A stretch of 64,000 nucleotides of DNA. Origin: Faecousia sp. Lineage in GTDB: Bacteria > Bacillota > Clostridia > Oscillospirales > Oscillospiraceae. The stretch covers positions 9,700 to 73,699 of the forward strand of contig JBJDYD010000141.1 of assembly GCA_051867015.1 (NCBI GenBank), in the 5' to 3' direction. The position numbers and the translations under genes are program-made. Below, one piece after another: positions 16,371 to 25,335 of this stretch. A model generated the notes under the pieces. That model was not told the DNA's origin, ran no database searches, and worked only from the letters and a program-made list of their open reading frames with translations. Within the stretch, counting starts at the first letter, position 1. Every line of letters begins with the position of its first letter.

Positions 16371-18341
16371 TTATTCGGCAGTCGCAACTACTGCATCCGC
16401 TTCGGCAGCTTCCGCAGGAGCCTTCTCGCTCAGAGCGCGGATGGACAGGGAGATGCGCTTACGGTCAGCATCGACATCAATGATCTTTGCTTCGACTTCC
16501 TGACCCTCAGCCAGAACATCGGAAACCTTGTCCACACGATGGTCAGCGACCTGAGAAATGTGAATCAAGCCGTCAACGCCGGGCAGAATCTCAGCAAAAG
16601 CGCCGAAGTCAACGATCTTCACGATCTTCACGTTGGCAACATCGCCGACAGAGTACTTCGCGCAGAACTGGTTCCACGGATTCATCTCAGGCGTCTTATA
16701 GCCGAGGGAGATCTTTCTCTTCTCCGGGTCAAACTTAATGACAAAGACTTCGATGGTGTCGCCGACCTTGACGACCTCATCGGGTGTCTTAATGCGGCCC
16801 CAGCTCAGCTCGGAGATATGCACCATGCCGTCCACGCCGCCGATATCGACGAACGCGCCATAGCTGGTCAGGGACTTGACCGTGCCGGTGTACTTCTTGC
16901 CGACTTCGATCTCGCTCCACACCTTCTCTGCGGCAGCCCTGCGCTCCTCGCGGGCAACGTCGCTGATAGAGCCGACAACTCTGCGGCGGGCACGGTTGAA
17001 CTCGGTAATCTTCATCTTGACCGTCTGACCCTTGAGTACAGACAGGTCGCCGCCCTTGGCAATGCCGGTACGGGAGGCCGGGATAAATACACGAACGCCC
17101 TTGACATTCGCAACGACGCCGCCCTTGTTCTCTTCGGTAATGACGCCTTCGACAATGGTCTTGTTCTCACAAGCCGCCTCGACATCGTCCCAAACCTTCA
17201 TGCCCTCGAGCTTCTTTCTGCTGAGCTGGACGGTGCCCTCCTGATCGTTGACGCGGACGACAAAAACTTCAATCTCGTCGCCGACCTTCAACACATCCTC
17301 GGGCTTCACGCTGGGATCTGCGCTGACTTCATCATACGGGATGTAACCGGCGTGCTTGGTGCCGAGGTCTACTTGAACTTCGGTTGTTCCGATTGCGGTA
17401 ACGGTGCCAAGAACCTTATCTCCTGTATTTAAAGTCTTGATGGAGTTTTCGAGCATTGCCTCAAAGCTCTCCTCTGCAACTGCATCAACATTTTGAATTT
17501 CGCTCATAGTCTGATTGACCTCCTTTATAATCCACGCAGGTGTCGAAGCACCCGCAGTGATGCCAATGTGGTTCATGCCCCGATATGCGGACAGCTCAAG
17601 CTCATCCGCGCAATCGACAAGAGAGACCTTTTTACAATGTTCGGCACAAATATGCACCAAACGCCCCGTATTTGAGCTATTGCGATCTCCCACAACAATC
17701 ATTGCATCGCATTGTGAAGCAAGCGTCGCTGCCTCGCGCTGTCGATTTTCGGTTGCTTTGCATATTGTATCAAAGATTTCGTGATTTGTACACACCTTTT
17801 TTATGATTTTCTTGCAGGAATCCCATAAAAATTGCGTGCTCGTGGTTTGAGAAACGACAGAAATGGGAATATTTGGATTTTCCGGTGCTTCGGTAAGCCA
17901 TTTTTCAAGCTCCTCCGCGTTGGAAAACACGAGCGGGTGGTCGCACCAGCCGGCAATCGCCTGTACCTCGGGATGCGTCGGCGTGCCGATGATAATGGGT
18001 TGTCTCCCCTGTGCCTCGGCTTTTGCAACGATTCCGTGAATGCGTTTGACGGAAGGGCAGGTCGCGTCCACGATCTCGACATTTTTCGCACGAAGCGCCT
18101 CATAGGTTTCGCGCGGGATACCATGTGAACGGATAATGACGGTACAGCCGTCAGGAAGCTCGTCCACGGAAGCGATCTCCCGCACGCCGAGTTCTTCAAA
18201 ACGTCTTACCAAATGACGATTATGGGCAATCGGCCCGAAGGTGACAGCCGATTTTCCCTCTTGAATGGTTCGCTCGACAAGATCAACGGCACGGTGGACA
18301 CCGTAGCAGAAGCCTGCCGATTCCGCAACCGTCAGCTTCAT
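16371..18341 (-). CDS. ispH: Bifunctional IspH (HMBPP reductase) / ribosomal protein S1-domain fusion
   Basis: The N-terminal half MKLTVAESAGFCYGVHRAV...ATCPSV...VVSQTT is LytB/IspH. The C-terminal half has four S1 repeats (e.g. GTVKSLTSYGAFVDIGGVDGMVHISELS). The start ATG 18341 overlaps the plsC stop (ATGA). Confidence 0.9.
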   Translation of the reverse strand: MKLTVAESAGFCYGVHRAVDLVERTIQEGKSAVTFGPIAHNRHLVRRFEELGVREIASVDELPDGCTVIIRSHGIPRETYEALRAKNVEIVDATCPSVKRIHGIVAKAEAQGRQPIIIGTPTHPEVQAIAGWCDHPLVFSNAEELEKWLTEAPENPNIPISVVSQTTSTQFLWDSCKKIIKKVCTNHEIFDTICKATENRQREAATLASQCDAMIVVGDRNSSNTGRLVHICAEHCKKVSLVDCADELELSAYRGMNHIGITAGASTPAWIIKEVNQTMSEIQNVDAVAEESFEAMLENSIKTLNTGDKVLGTVTAIGTTEVQVDLGTKHAGYIPYDEVSADPSVKPEDVLKVGDEIEVFVVRVNDQEGTVQLSRKKLEGMKVWDDVEAACENKTIVEGVITEENKGGVVANVKGVRVFIPASRTGIAKGGDLSVLKGQTVKMKITEFNRARRRVVGSISDVAREERRAAAEKVWSEIEVGKKYTGTVKSLTSYGAFVDIGGVDGMVHISELSWGRIKTPDEVVKVGDTIEVFVIKFDPEKRKISLGYKTPEMNPWNQFCAKYSVGDVANVKIVKIVDFGAFAEILPGVDGLIHISQVADHRVDKVSDVLAEGQEVEAKIIDVDADRKRISLSIRALSEKAPAEAAEADAVVATAE

Positions 18342-18943
18342 GCCTGCTCCCCCATTGCGTAGATCGTCTGCATCAGCTCCGCCGTGCGGCTCTCCAACTC
18401 CTCTTGCGTCGGCTTCGTTCCGGCATATTCCGGGAAATACGGCGCGCCGTAAATCAGCTTGACCGGCTGCCAAAAATGCTTCTTGGTGGAGAGATAGACG
18501 GGCACGACGGGAACCTTCATGCGCGCAGCGATCATCACGGCACCGGAATGGGGCTCGGAGATCCTGCCCTTTTTGATGCGTGTGCCCTCCGGAAAAATAA
18601 GCACCTTATCGTCGTTTTTCAGCGTCTGCATGGCAGTCTTGACCGCGCCGACATCGGCATGTCCGCGATCAACGGGAAACGCGCCGAGCTTCCGGTATAG
18701 CCAGCCCATAATCGGCGTTTCCAGCAGTTCCTTCTTTGCCATCGAACGCGGCAGCGTCGGGCATTTTCCGAACACAATGACCCATATCGGATCGGAAAAC
18801 GCGCTGTGGTTGCAGCAAAGCATTGCAGCACCCTGCGGCAAATTTTCCCGTCCCTTGACATGGATGATCGGGTGCATTAACCGCAAGCAGCCGCGCAGGA
18901 AAGCGCAGATGAAACGATAACTCCAACCGGTGACAGGTTTCAT
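18338..18943 (-). CDS. plsC: 1-acyl-sn-glycerol-3-phosphate acyltransferase
   Basis: Acyltransferase motifs NHSAFSD (HX4D) and FPEGTR are present. Confidence 0.85.
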   Translation of the reverse strand: MKPVTGWSYRFICAFLRGCLRLMHPIIHVKGRENLPQGAAMLCCNHSAFSDPIWVIVFGKCPTLPRSMAKKELLETPIMGWLYRKLGAFPVDRGHADVGAVKTAMQTLKNDDKVLIFPEGTRIKKGRISEPHSGAVMIAARMKVPVVPVYLSTKKHFWQPVKLIYGAPYFPEYAGTKPTQEELESRTAELMQTIYAMGEQA

Positions 18944-19620
18944 AAGGCAAGCTTCTCCCGTATGATTTTAACAGTTTCTTCGATGCTCTGCGCAAGTGTC
19001 AGCGCTGAGGTATCCAGCAAGACGGCGTCCTCTGCTTGACGGAGCGGGGCAAGCGCTCGGTGCATATCGCGGTAATCCCGCTCCTCGATATCCCGCAGGA
19101 CATCGTCGTAATGCGCTTCCAGTCCCTTTTCCCGCAGCTCCTTGCAGCGGCGCTCGGCGCGCGTTGCGGCAGAGGCGGTCAAATAGATCTTAACCTGTGC
19201 CTCCGGCAAGACGACCGTGCCGATATCGCGCCCGTCCATAATCACACTTTGCTGCCGTGCGACCTCCCGCTGTGTCTCCAAAAGGAAGCGGCGCACAGCG
19301 GAGAAAGCTGACACACGCGAGGAGGCGTCGGACACCTCCGGCGAACGCAGACGGTCTGTAACATCCGCGCCGTTGAGCAGAAGGTGCTGCACGCCCCGTT
19401 CCCATTGCAGCTTCACGGTCGTATCCTGCAGAAGCGAAGCGACGGCAGCTTCATTCGCGCTGTCGACCCCTCGCTCAAGGACGGCTAACGCCACTGCGCG
19501 GTAGATTGCGCCGGTATCCACATAAACAAATCCAAGCTCGGCGGCAGCGCGGCGCGCAACCGTGCTTTTTCCCGCACCGGCGGGGCCGTCAATCGCGACA
19601 TTGTAAATTCGATCTGTCAT
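18940..19620 (-). CDS. cmk: Cytidylate kinase
   Basis: IAIDGPAGAGKSTVAR P-loop with typical Cmk length. The start was re-picked to ATG 19620. Confidence 0.9.
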   Translation of the reverse strand: MTDRIYNVAIDGPAGAGKSTVARRAAAELGFVYVDTGAIYRAVALAVLERGVDSANEAAVASLLQDTTVKLQWERGVQHLLLNGADVTDRLRSPEVSDASSRVSAFSAVRRFLLETQREVARQQSVIMDGRDIGTVVLPEAQVKIYLTASAATRAERRCKELREKGLEAHYDDVLRDIEERDYRDMHRALAPLRQAEDAVLLDTSALTLAQSIEETVKIIREKLAL

Positions 19621-19687
19621 AAAAACTCCAAACATCGTTGCTATTCAACTATAAAATTCTAAACGATTTTCACTCTTTTGTCAACCA

Positions 19688-20503
19688 TCATTTTGCGTAG
19701 AGCTGCGCAACACATTTTGCGTAGAGCTGCGCAACCACACGGTTTAACACACCGCAGGGCAGCAGCTTGCAGAGCAGGCAGACGCAGCGGTAGGAAAAGC
19801 CGACGGTATAGAGCGGTTTCACGCGCCGTTTTAAGGCAACCTTGCATAAATACCGTCCCACGCGCGCAGGCGGCATACCGTTTTCCTCGTCATGCTCCAT
19901 ACGGGCAACGCTGCGTGCGATCCTGCCGCCGTAAACATCGTCGCCCCTGAGCGTCTTTTTTCGAGCAGCGGTAAAACCGGTACGGATATCCCCCGGCTGG
20001 ACGGCGGTCACGCTGATGCCGAACGGGTACACCTCGTTTGCAAGGGCGCAGGTATAGGAATTGATTGCCGCCTTTGAAGCGGAATAGAAGGCTTGAAAGG
20101 GAATGGCAACCGGAGCAGCAACGGAGCTGACATTGACAATTCTTCCCCCGCCCTGTGTCCGCATCAGCGGCAATACTGCTTTGCAGGCATTGACCGTGCC
20201 GAAAAAGTTGACACGCAATTGCCTCTCGGCGTCTTCTGCGGAGGTAAATTCCGCTGCACCGGAAATGCCGAAGCCTGCGCAATTCACGAGGATATCAACC
20301 CGCCCCTCGCGCGAGTAAACCGTCTCCACCGCATTCCGAATCACCGTCTCGTCAGTCACATCGGCACAAAAATGCTCTATTGCGGGCGTTTGCGCCATGC
20401 CTCGGCTGAGCGTATAGACGCGGCACCCTGCACTTTGAAATTCCTCCGCAGCGGCAAGCCCGATGCCGGAGCTGCCGCCGGTAATTAATACGACCTTTGC
20501 CAT
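19688..20503 (-). CDS. SDR-family oxidoreductase
   Basis: VVLITGGSSGIGLA (TGxxxGxG), NCAG and YSASK motifs are present. The start was re-picked to ATG 20503. The C-terminus carries an in-frame duplication. Confidence 0.85.
   Translation of the reverse strand: MAKVVLITGGSSGIGLAAAEEFQSAGCRVYTLSRGMAQTPAIEHFCADVTDETVIRNAVETVYSREGRVDILVNCAGFGISGAAEFTSAEDAERQLRVNFFGTVNACKAVLPLMRTQGGGRIVNVSSVAAPVAIPFQAFYSASKAAINSYTCALANEVYPFGISVTAVQPGDIRTGFTAARKKTLRGDDVYGGRIARSVARMEHDEENGMPPARVGRYLCKVALKRRVKPLYTVGFSYRCVCLLCKLLPCGVLNRVVAQLYAKCVAQLYAK
19690..19735. repeat. Two-copy tandem direct repeat (24-bp period) at the 3' end of the SDR gene
   Basis: attttgcgtagagctgcgcaac occurs at 19690-19711 and again at 19714-19735. 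It encodes VAQLYAKC-VAQLYAK at the protein C-terminus. Confidence 0.85.
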
Positions 20504-20507
20504 TTTC

Positions 20508-21746
20508 TCACTCCGCAGGCGACAGCAGCGCATTTGCTGCGGCATATGCCGTTGACCACGCAATCTGCAAATTGAAGCCGCCGGTATAAGCGTCGCAGTC
20601 AATGATCTCCCCCGCGAAAAACAAGCCGCCGATCAGTTTTGACTGCATGGTTTTCGGGTCAATCTCTCGCACGCTTACACCCCCGCGTGTGATGATTGCC
20701 TCCTCTACCGGACGTTTCCCGAGAATGCGGATCGAAAAGCCCTTCGTCTGCTCCAAAAGCGCGCGGCGCTGCGGCTTTGTCAGGGTATTTGCGCGCTGAC
20801 TCGGGACAATTCCCGCGCGTGAAAGCAGGACGGGAATCATGGAATGCGGGAACAGATCCGCAAGCGCGTTTTCCATGCTGCGATTTGCGTATTTCTCAAA
20901 ATCACGCAGAAACCGTGCATCAAGCTTTGTCTCGTCCAGTGCGGGTTTCAAGTCAAGCACGACCGTGTACTGCTCGCCGTCCCTCCAATGTGCTGAGGCG
21001 GAGAGCGCCATCGGTCCCGAAATGCCGAAGTGGGTAAAAAGAAGCTCTCCGAAATCACGATAGACCGTCTTCCCTTTACTGTCGAGCAGCTTCAGCTCGG
21101 TATTCCGCAAGGAAAGTCCCTGCATCTTTGCGCAGTCCTCCTCCGCAGTCAGCGGCACCAACGAGCCGACGGGCTGTACGATGCTGTGACCGAGGGCTTG
21201 CGCAATGCGGTAGCCGTCGCCCGTAGAGCCGGTCAAGGGATAGGACGCGCCGCCCGTGCATAGAATCACCTGCGCGCAGGAGATCAGCCCGTTTTCCGTC
21301 TTAACTGCGGCGATATGTCCCTCCTGCGTGAAAAGCTCCGTGACGCGTTCCTGTCGGCGCTGTACGCCGAGGGCACGCATTTTTCGCTCCAATGCGGCGA
21401 TCACATCCGAGGAACGGTCGGAGGTTGGAAACACACGATTGCCGCGTTCGATCTTCAAGGGGCAGCCGTTTTCCTCAAAAAATGCCATCGTCCGTTCCGG
21501 CGGAAAGGCGGAAAGGCTGCTGTATAAGAATCGCGGATTGCGCGGAATGTTTTTAATGACCTCTTCTGCGGTGCAGGCGTTGGTCACATTGCAGCGCCCC
21601 TTCCCGGTAATGGCGAGCTTTTTCCCCAAGCGGTCGTTTCGCTCCAAAAGCAGGACGCGCAGACCGCGCTCCGCCGCAAGGATCGAAGCAAACATCCCCG
21701 CGGCCCCTCCGCCGATGATTACAACATCATTCGCCGTTTTTTTCAT
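20508..21746 (-). CDS. HI0933/YhiN-family NAD(P)/FAD-dependent flavoprotein
   Basis: DVVIIGGGAAGMF dinucleotide fold, GKGRCNVTN, and C-terminal GGLFFAGEIIDCDAYTGGFNLQIAWSTAY are typical of the family. The start is ambiguous (21746 or 21752). Confidence 0.85.
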   Translation of the reverse strand: MKKTANDVVIIGGGAAGMFASILAAERGLRVLLLERNDRLGKKLAITGKGRCNVTNACTAEEVIKNIPRNPRFLYSSLSAFPPERTMAFFEENGCPLKIERGNRVFPTSDRSSDVIAALERKMRALGVQRRQERVTELFTQEGHIAAVKTENGLISCAQVILCTGGASYPLTGSTGDGYRIAQALGHSIVQPVGSLVPLTAEEDCAKMQGLSLRNTELKLLDSKGKTVYRDFGELLFTHFGISGPMALSASAHWRDGEQYTVVLDLKPALDETKLDARFLRDFEKYANRSMENALADLFPHSMIPVLLSRAGIVPSQRANTLTKPQRRALLEQTKGFSIRILGKRPVEEAIITRGGVSVREIDPKTMQSKLIGGLFFAGEIIDCDAYTGGFNLQIAWSTAYAAANALLSPAE

Positions 21747-22590
21747 AGACATGATAGCGATCCCAGATTTCTTCAAAATTTTGTAAGGTCTGCGTTGTCT
21801 CGCTCTTTCGGCGGGAAGCGACGGCTACAAGCAGGGCGTTAACGACACTCATCGGCGCAACCATCGAATCAACCAGCGAGACCATCCCGCTGCCCGCAAG
21901 CAGCAAACAATCCGCGTTTTGCGCAATCGGAGAGCTTGCGCAGTCCGTCAGCGCAATCGTTCTTGCGCCGCGGGAACGAGCCAATTCCATTGCGCGCACC
22001 GTCGCGGAGCAGTAGCGAGGGAAGCTGATCCCCAACAGCACATCCTGCGGCGTGATGCGGACAAGCGCTTCGAACGCTTCACTCTCCGACGAGAGCATTA
22101 ATTGCCGCACATCGTCAAACAAATAGCGCAGATAATAGCACAGGAAGGACGCAAGCGAAGCGGAGGAACGCACGCCGAGGACAAAAACACGTTTGGAGGA
22201 GAGCAGCGTCTCTACCGCTGCCTGAAATTGCACAAGGTCAAGCTCCTCTGCCGTTTTGCGGATACGTTCGGCATCCGCAAGCAGGACGGAGCTGAGAACG
22301 TCCTCCTGCATAATGTGCGTTTCGCCGACCTCCATGCGCTGCGCAGCGGTCAGTCGATGCAGCACAAGCTCTTGCAGCGCTTTCTGCATCTCAGGGTAGC
22401 CGTCATAGCCGAGCTGAGAGGCAAAGCGTACCACTGTGGATTCCGATACCTGCACGGTCTTTCCGAGGACATTCGCAGTCAAAAAAGCCGCCTTGTCATA
22501 GCTCTCTAAAATATACGCCGCAATGCGCCGCTGCCCTTTGGAGAAGGTATTCATTTTATTATGTATGCATTCTAAAATGTCCTGCGTCAT
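21727..22590 (-). CDS. MurR/RpiR-family transcriptional regulator (HTH_6 + SIS)
   Basis: The N-terminus FSKGQRRIAAYILESYDKAAFLTANVLGKTVQVSESTVVRFASQLGY is followed by a SIS domain. The start ATG 22590 overlaps the upstream stop (ATGA). Confidence 0.85.
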   Translation of the reverse strand: MTQDILECIHNKMNTFSKGQRRIAAYILESYDKAAFLTANVLGKTVQVSESTVVRFASQLGYDGYPEMQKALQELVLHRLTAAQRMEVGETHIMQEDVLSSVLLADAERIRKTAEELDLVQFQAAVETLLSSKRVFVLGVRSSASLASFLCYYLRYLFDDVRQLMLSSESEAFEALVRITPQDVLLGISFPRYCSATVRAMELARSRGARTIALTDCASSPIAQNADCLLLAGSGMVSLVDSMVAPMSVVNALLVAVASRRKSETTQTLQNFEEIWDRYHVYEKNGE

Positions 22591-23300
22591 AGTCCGGCCT
22601 CCCGATACAGGGCGGAACGCTCCTCCTCCGTCAGATACCGCCACGCGCCGACCGCAAGCCTGCCCAGCGAAAGGCAGCCCTCGCGCACTCTGCAAAGGCG
22701 CACCACCGTCATGCCCGCCGCCTCGCACATCCTGCGGATTTGGCGGTTTCTGCCCTCGTGGATGGTAATTTCAAAGGTCGCTTTCTCCCCGCTTTCCCGC
22801 AGCTTTTTGACCAGCGGCGGCGCAATGGCTCTTCCGTCCAGCGCAATAGGTCGTGAAAGGAGCGCCTGCGCCGTGTCTAATGCGCCGCGCACCGTGACCT
22901 CATAGACCTTTTCGATCTCGCCGCGCGGATGCATCAATCGGTCGGCAAGTGCGCCGTCATTGGTAAAGAGGAGCAAGCCCTCCGACTGATAGTCCAGCCG
23001 GCCGACAGGATAGACGCGGCAGCCGCAGTCGACGAGCGAGGCGGCCGTTTTTCTGCCCCGCTCATCCGAAAGCGTTGTCACATAGCCGCGCGGTTTATAA
23101 AGCATCAGGCAGACTGTCTCCGCGCGCTGAGGGAGCGGCTTTCCGTCGATGCAGATGCAATCTTGCGCGGCATCGGCGGACTGTCCCACCGCCGCGACCT
23201 TACCGTTCACCGTAACACGCCCGTCGGCGATCAGCTTTTCAGCGGCACGGCGGGACGCTGCGCCATGCGCCGATAGAATTTTCTGTAAGCGTTCCGTCAT
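22587..23300 (-). CDS. rluB: Pseudouridine synthase, RsuA/RluB family
   Basis: S4 domain RLQKILSAHGAASRRAAEKLIADGRVTVNG and catalytic motif YPVGRLDYQSEGLLLFTNDG are present. The start ATG 23300 follows GGAGGA. Confidence 0.88.
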   Translation of the reverse strand: MTERLQKILSAHGAASRRAAEKLIADGRVTVNGKVAAVGQSADAAQDCICIDGKPLPQRAETVCLMLYKPRGYVTTLSDERGRKTAASLVDCGCRVYPVGRLDYQSEGLLLFTNDGALADRLMHPRGEIEKVYEVTVRGALDTAQALLSRPIALDGRAIAPPLVKKLRESGEKATFEITIHEGRNRQIRRMCEAAGMTVVRLCRVREGCLSLGRLAVGAWRYLTEEERSALYREAGL

Positions 23301-24345
23301 ACCCTTCCTCCAAGCCGCCCCAGACGAGGCGAATGATCCCAATCTGCTTTTCCCCCAAATAGACCGCGCCGAAGCCCGCAAACGAACCGTACTTCCCCGC
23401 CGCGAACGCTGCGCGAGGATAGAGGGGCACCACGCGCACCGTCTCGTTCTCCGCCAGCCAATAGCAGAAATTCTCCTCCGCCGCAAGCCGCGCGGTTTTC
23501 CCGTCCATGAGCGGCAAGCGGGCAACAGGCTGCCCTGCCGTGACCGCCTCCCGTTCACAATAGCGCTTAAATCCAAAGTCATACAGCGCCGCATGGTCGC
23601 ACCAGTCGTTACCGTCGTTGATCGTTACGGCAATGAGGCGTCTGCCGTTCCGCTCCGCTGCGCTGACCAAAATTCTCCCGGCAGCTTTGGTATAGCCGGT
23701 TTTCACACCGATTGCGCCCTCAACCGACCACAGCAGCTTATTGTGGTTTGTGAGCACACGGTTGCCGACGCGGATGCTTTTGGTGGATACAATCCTGCGA
23801 AACTCGCCGTTCTCCAACGCATACCGTGTGATCTGCGCCAGATCGGCGGCGGTAGAATAATGCTGCTCACCGTCTAATCCGTTCGGATTTTCAAAATGCG
23901 TATTTTTCAGCCCGAGCTGCTGCGCCTTTAGGTTCATTAAGGCAACAAACTCCGGCACGCTGTCTGAGCAGGCAAGCGCCAAGGCAACAGCCGCGTCATT
24001 GCCCGAGTGAAGGAGCATTCCGTAGAGCAGGTCGCGGATCGTCAATGTCTCCCCCGCTTTGAGATACATGGAGGAGCCTTCAATCTTTGTTGCTTCCGGC
24101 GGAACGGTGTATTCCATATCAAGAGGACAATGCTCCAGCACCACAACCGCCGTCATGATCTTTGTCGTGCTCGCGATCAGCGAGCGGGTGTCGGCGTTCT
24201 GTGCAAACAAGACCTCACCGCTGTCCGCGTCAAGCAGAATACAGCATCGCGCGGAAACGGACGGCGCTGCCGCTGCCGAAAAAGTGAAAAGGACGGTAGC
24301 AAGCATCGCGGCTGCCGTCCTGATCATCCATTGTTTCATTTCCAT
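23239..24345 (-). CDS. D-alanyl-D-alanine carboxypeptidase (serine-type, PBP5/DacB-like)
   Basis: It has a signal peptide and the motifs STTK (SxxK), SGN and KTG. The start is uncertain among 24360, 24345 and 24339. The 3' end overlaps rluB by about 62 nt. Confidence 0.85.
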   Translation of the reverse strand: MEMKQWMIRTAAAMLATVLFTFSAAAAPSVSARCCILLDADSGEVLFAQNADTRSLIASTTKIMTAVVVLEHCPLDMEYTVPPEATKIEGSSMYLKAGETLTIRDLLYGMLLHSGNDAAVALALACSDSVPEFVALMNLKAQQLGLKNTHFENPNGLDGEQHYSTAADLAQITRYALENGEFRRIVSTKSIRVGNRVLTNHNKLLWSVEGAIGVKTGYTKAAGRILVSAAERNGRRLIAVTINDGNDWCDHAALYDFGFKRYCEREAVTAGQPVARLPLMDGKTARLAAEENFCYWLAENETVRVVPLYPRAAFAAGKYGSFAGFGAVYLGEKQIGIIRLVWGGLEEGYDGTLTENSIGAWRSVPPCR

Positions 24346-24386
24346 CACCGCGGTTAGCATTCCTCCCACGGGTGGAAATACACCTG

Positions 24387-24779
24387 TTAAATGTCGGAAA
24401 TCTCGTTTTTTCCGCCCTTGATCAGCTCTGTGATCTTGTCCACCAGCATAGGAAGCTGCTCGATCACACGTTCCACAGCATTCTCGGCAGGCTCGTCAAT
24501 CGGCAGGACACGCACGCGCTCTCCCTGCACAAGGATCATTGCCACCGGCGTGATCTTCACACCGCAGCCGGCACCGCCGCCGAAGGTTCCGTTTTGACCC
24601 GCCAGCTTTGCAGCCATATCCGCGCCGCCGGAGGCAAGGGCAAAGTTGATTTTTGAAATGGGGATCAGCGTCGTTCCCTCGCCGACCGTGATCGGCGAAC
24701 CGACAACGGTGTTCGCATCCACCATTTCACGCACCTTTGACATGGAAGCGCTCAAAACATCGGATACATTTTTACTCAT
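24387..24779 (-). CDS. ytfJ: Sporulation protein YtfJ (GerW family)
   Basis: VVGSPITVGEGTTLIPISKINFALASGG...GGGAGCGVKITPVAMILV is the YtfJ signature. Confidence 0.8.
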   Translation of the reverse strand: MSKNVSDVLSASMSKVREMVDANTVVGSPITVGEGTTLIPISKINFALASGGADMAAKLAGQNGTFGGGAGCGVKITPVAMILVQGERVRVLPIDEPAENAVERVIEQLPMLVDKITELIKGGKNEISDI

Positions 24780-25335
24780 GGTCAGCCTCCTGTTCAGTCT
24801 CGGGCAGCTCGCGTTTACCGAACTGCATTTTTTCAATCTCGGGCAGGTCGTCCAAGGACTCCAAGCCGAAGGTTCTCAGAAAATCAGGCGTTGTGCGGTA
24901 GAGAATCGGGCGTCCGGGGACGTTCAGCCGTCCGCATTCCTCAATCAGGTGTTTATTGAGCAGTGCGCCGACGGAATAAGAGCTGTCCACACCGCGAATC
25001 TGCTCGACATACGCCTTCGTCGCGGGCTGATAATAGGCGATAATCGTCAATGCCTCCAGCTGCGAAGCGGAGAGCTTCGGCGGCTTCCGCGTCTCCAGCG
25101 CCTTTGTGATATAGGAGGACATCTCCGTCGAGGAACACATCTGATACGCCTTCTCCAAATGGACAATGCGAATACCGCGCCGATCATAGGATAGGTTGTC
25201 CATCAAGCGTTTCGCGGCGGCATCCACTTCATCCGGGTCGCACTGCACGGCAAGGGCGATGCGCTCCGTTTCAACAGGCTCGCCCGCTGCGAACAAGATC
25301 GCCTCGATTACGCGTTCAAGTTCCTTCGGTTCCAT
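24772..25335 (-). CDS. scpB: Segregation and condensation protein B
   Basis: IEAILFAAGEPV... and LSASQLEALTIIAYYQPATKAYVEQIRGVDS are typical ScpB wHTH repeats. Confidence 0.9.
   Translation of the reverse strand: MEPKELERVIEAILFAAGEPVETERIALAVQCDPDEVDAAAKRLMDNLSYDRRGIRIVHLEKAYQMCSSTEMSSYITKALETRKPPKLSASQLEALTIIAYYQPATKAYVEQIRGVDSSYSVGALLNKHLIEECGRLNVPGRPILYRTTPDFLRTFGLESLDDLPEIEKMQFGKRELPETEQEADHE

Noticed and set aside
16371-18473. N-terminal extensions of many track ORFs (also 61945-63258, 22587-23594, 21727-22728, 37010-39796, 12135-12728, 5349-6614)
   Set aside because: The extended parts overlap upstream genes or leaders and lack homology. Internal starts with an SD and conserved N-termini were chosen instead.
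19690-19735. Possible CRISPR or minisatellite
   Set aside because: There are only two adjacent copies with no spacers, and they lie inside a coding region. No CRISPR-like array was seen anywhere in the window.
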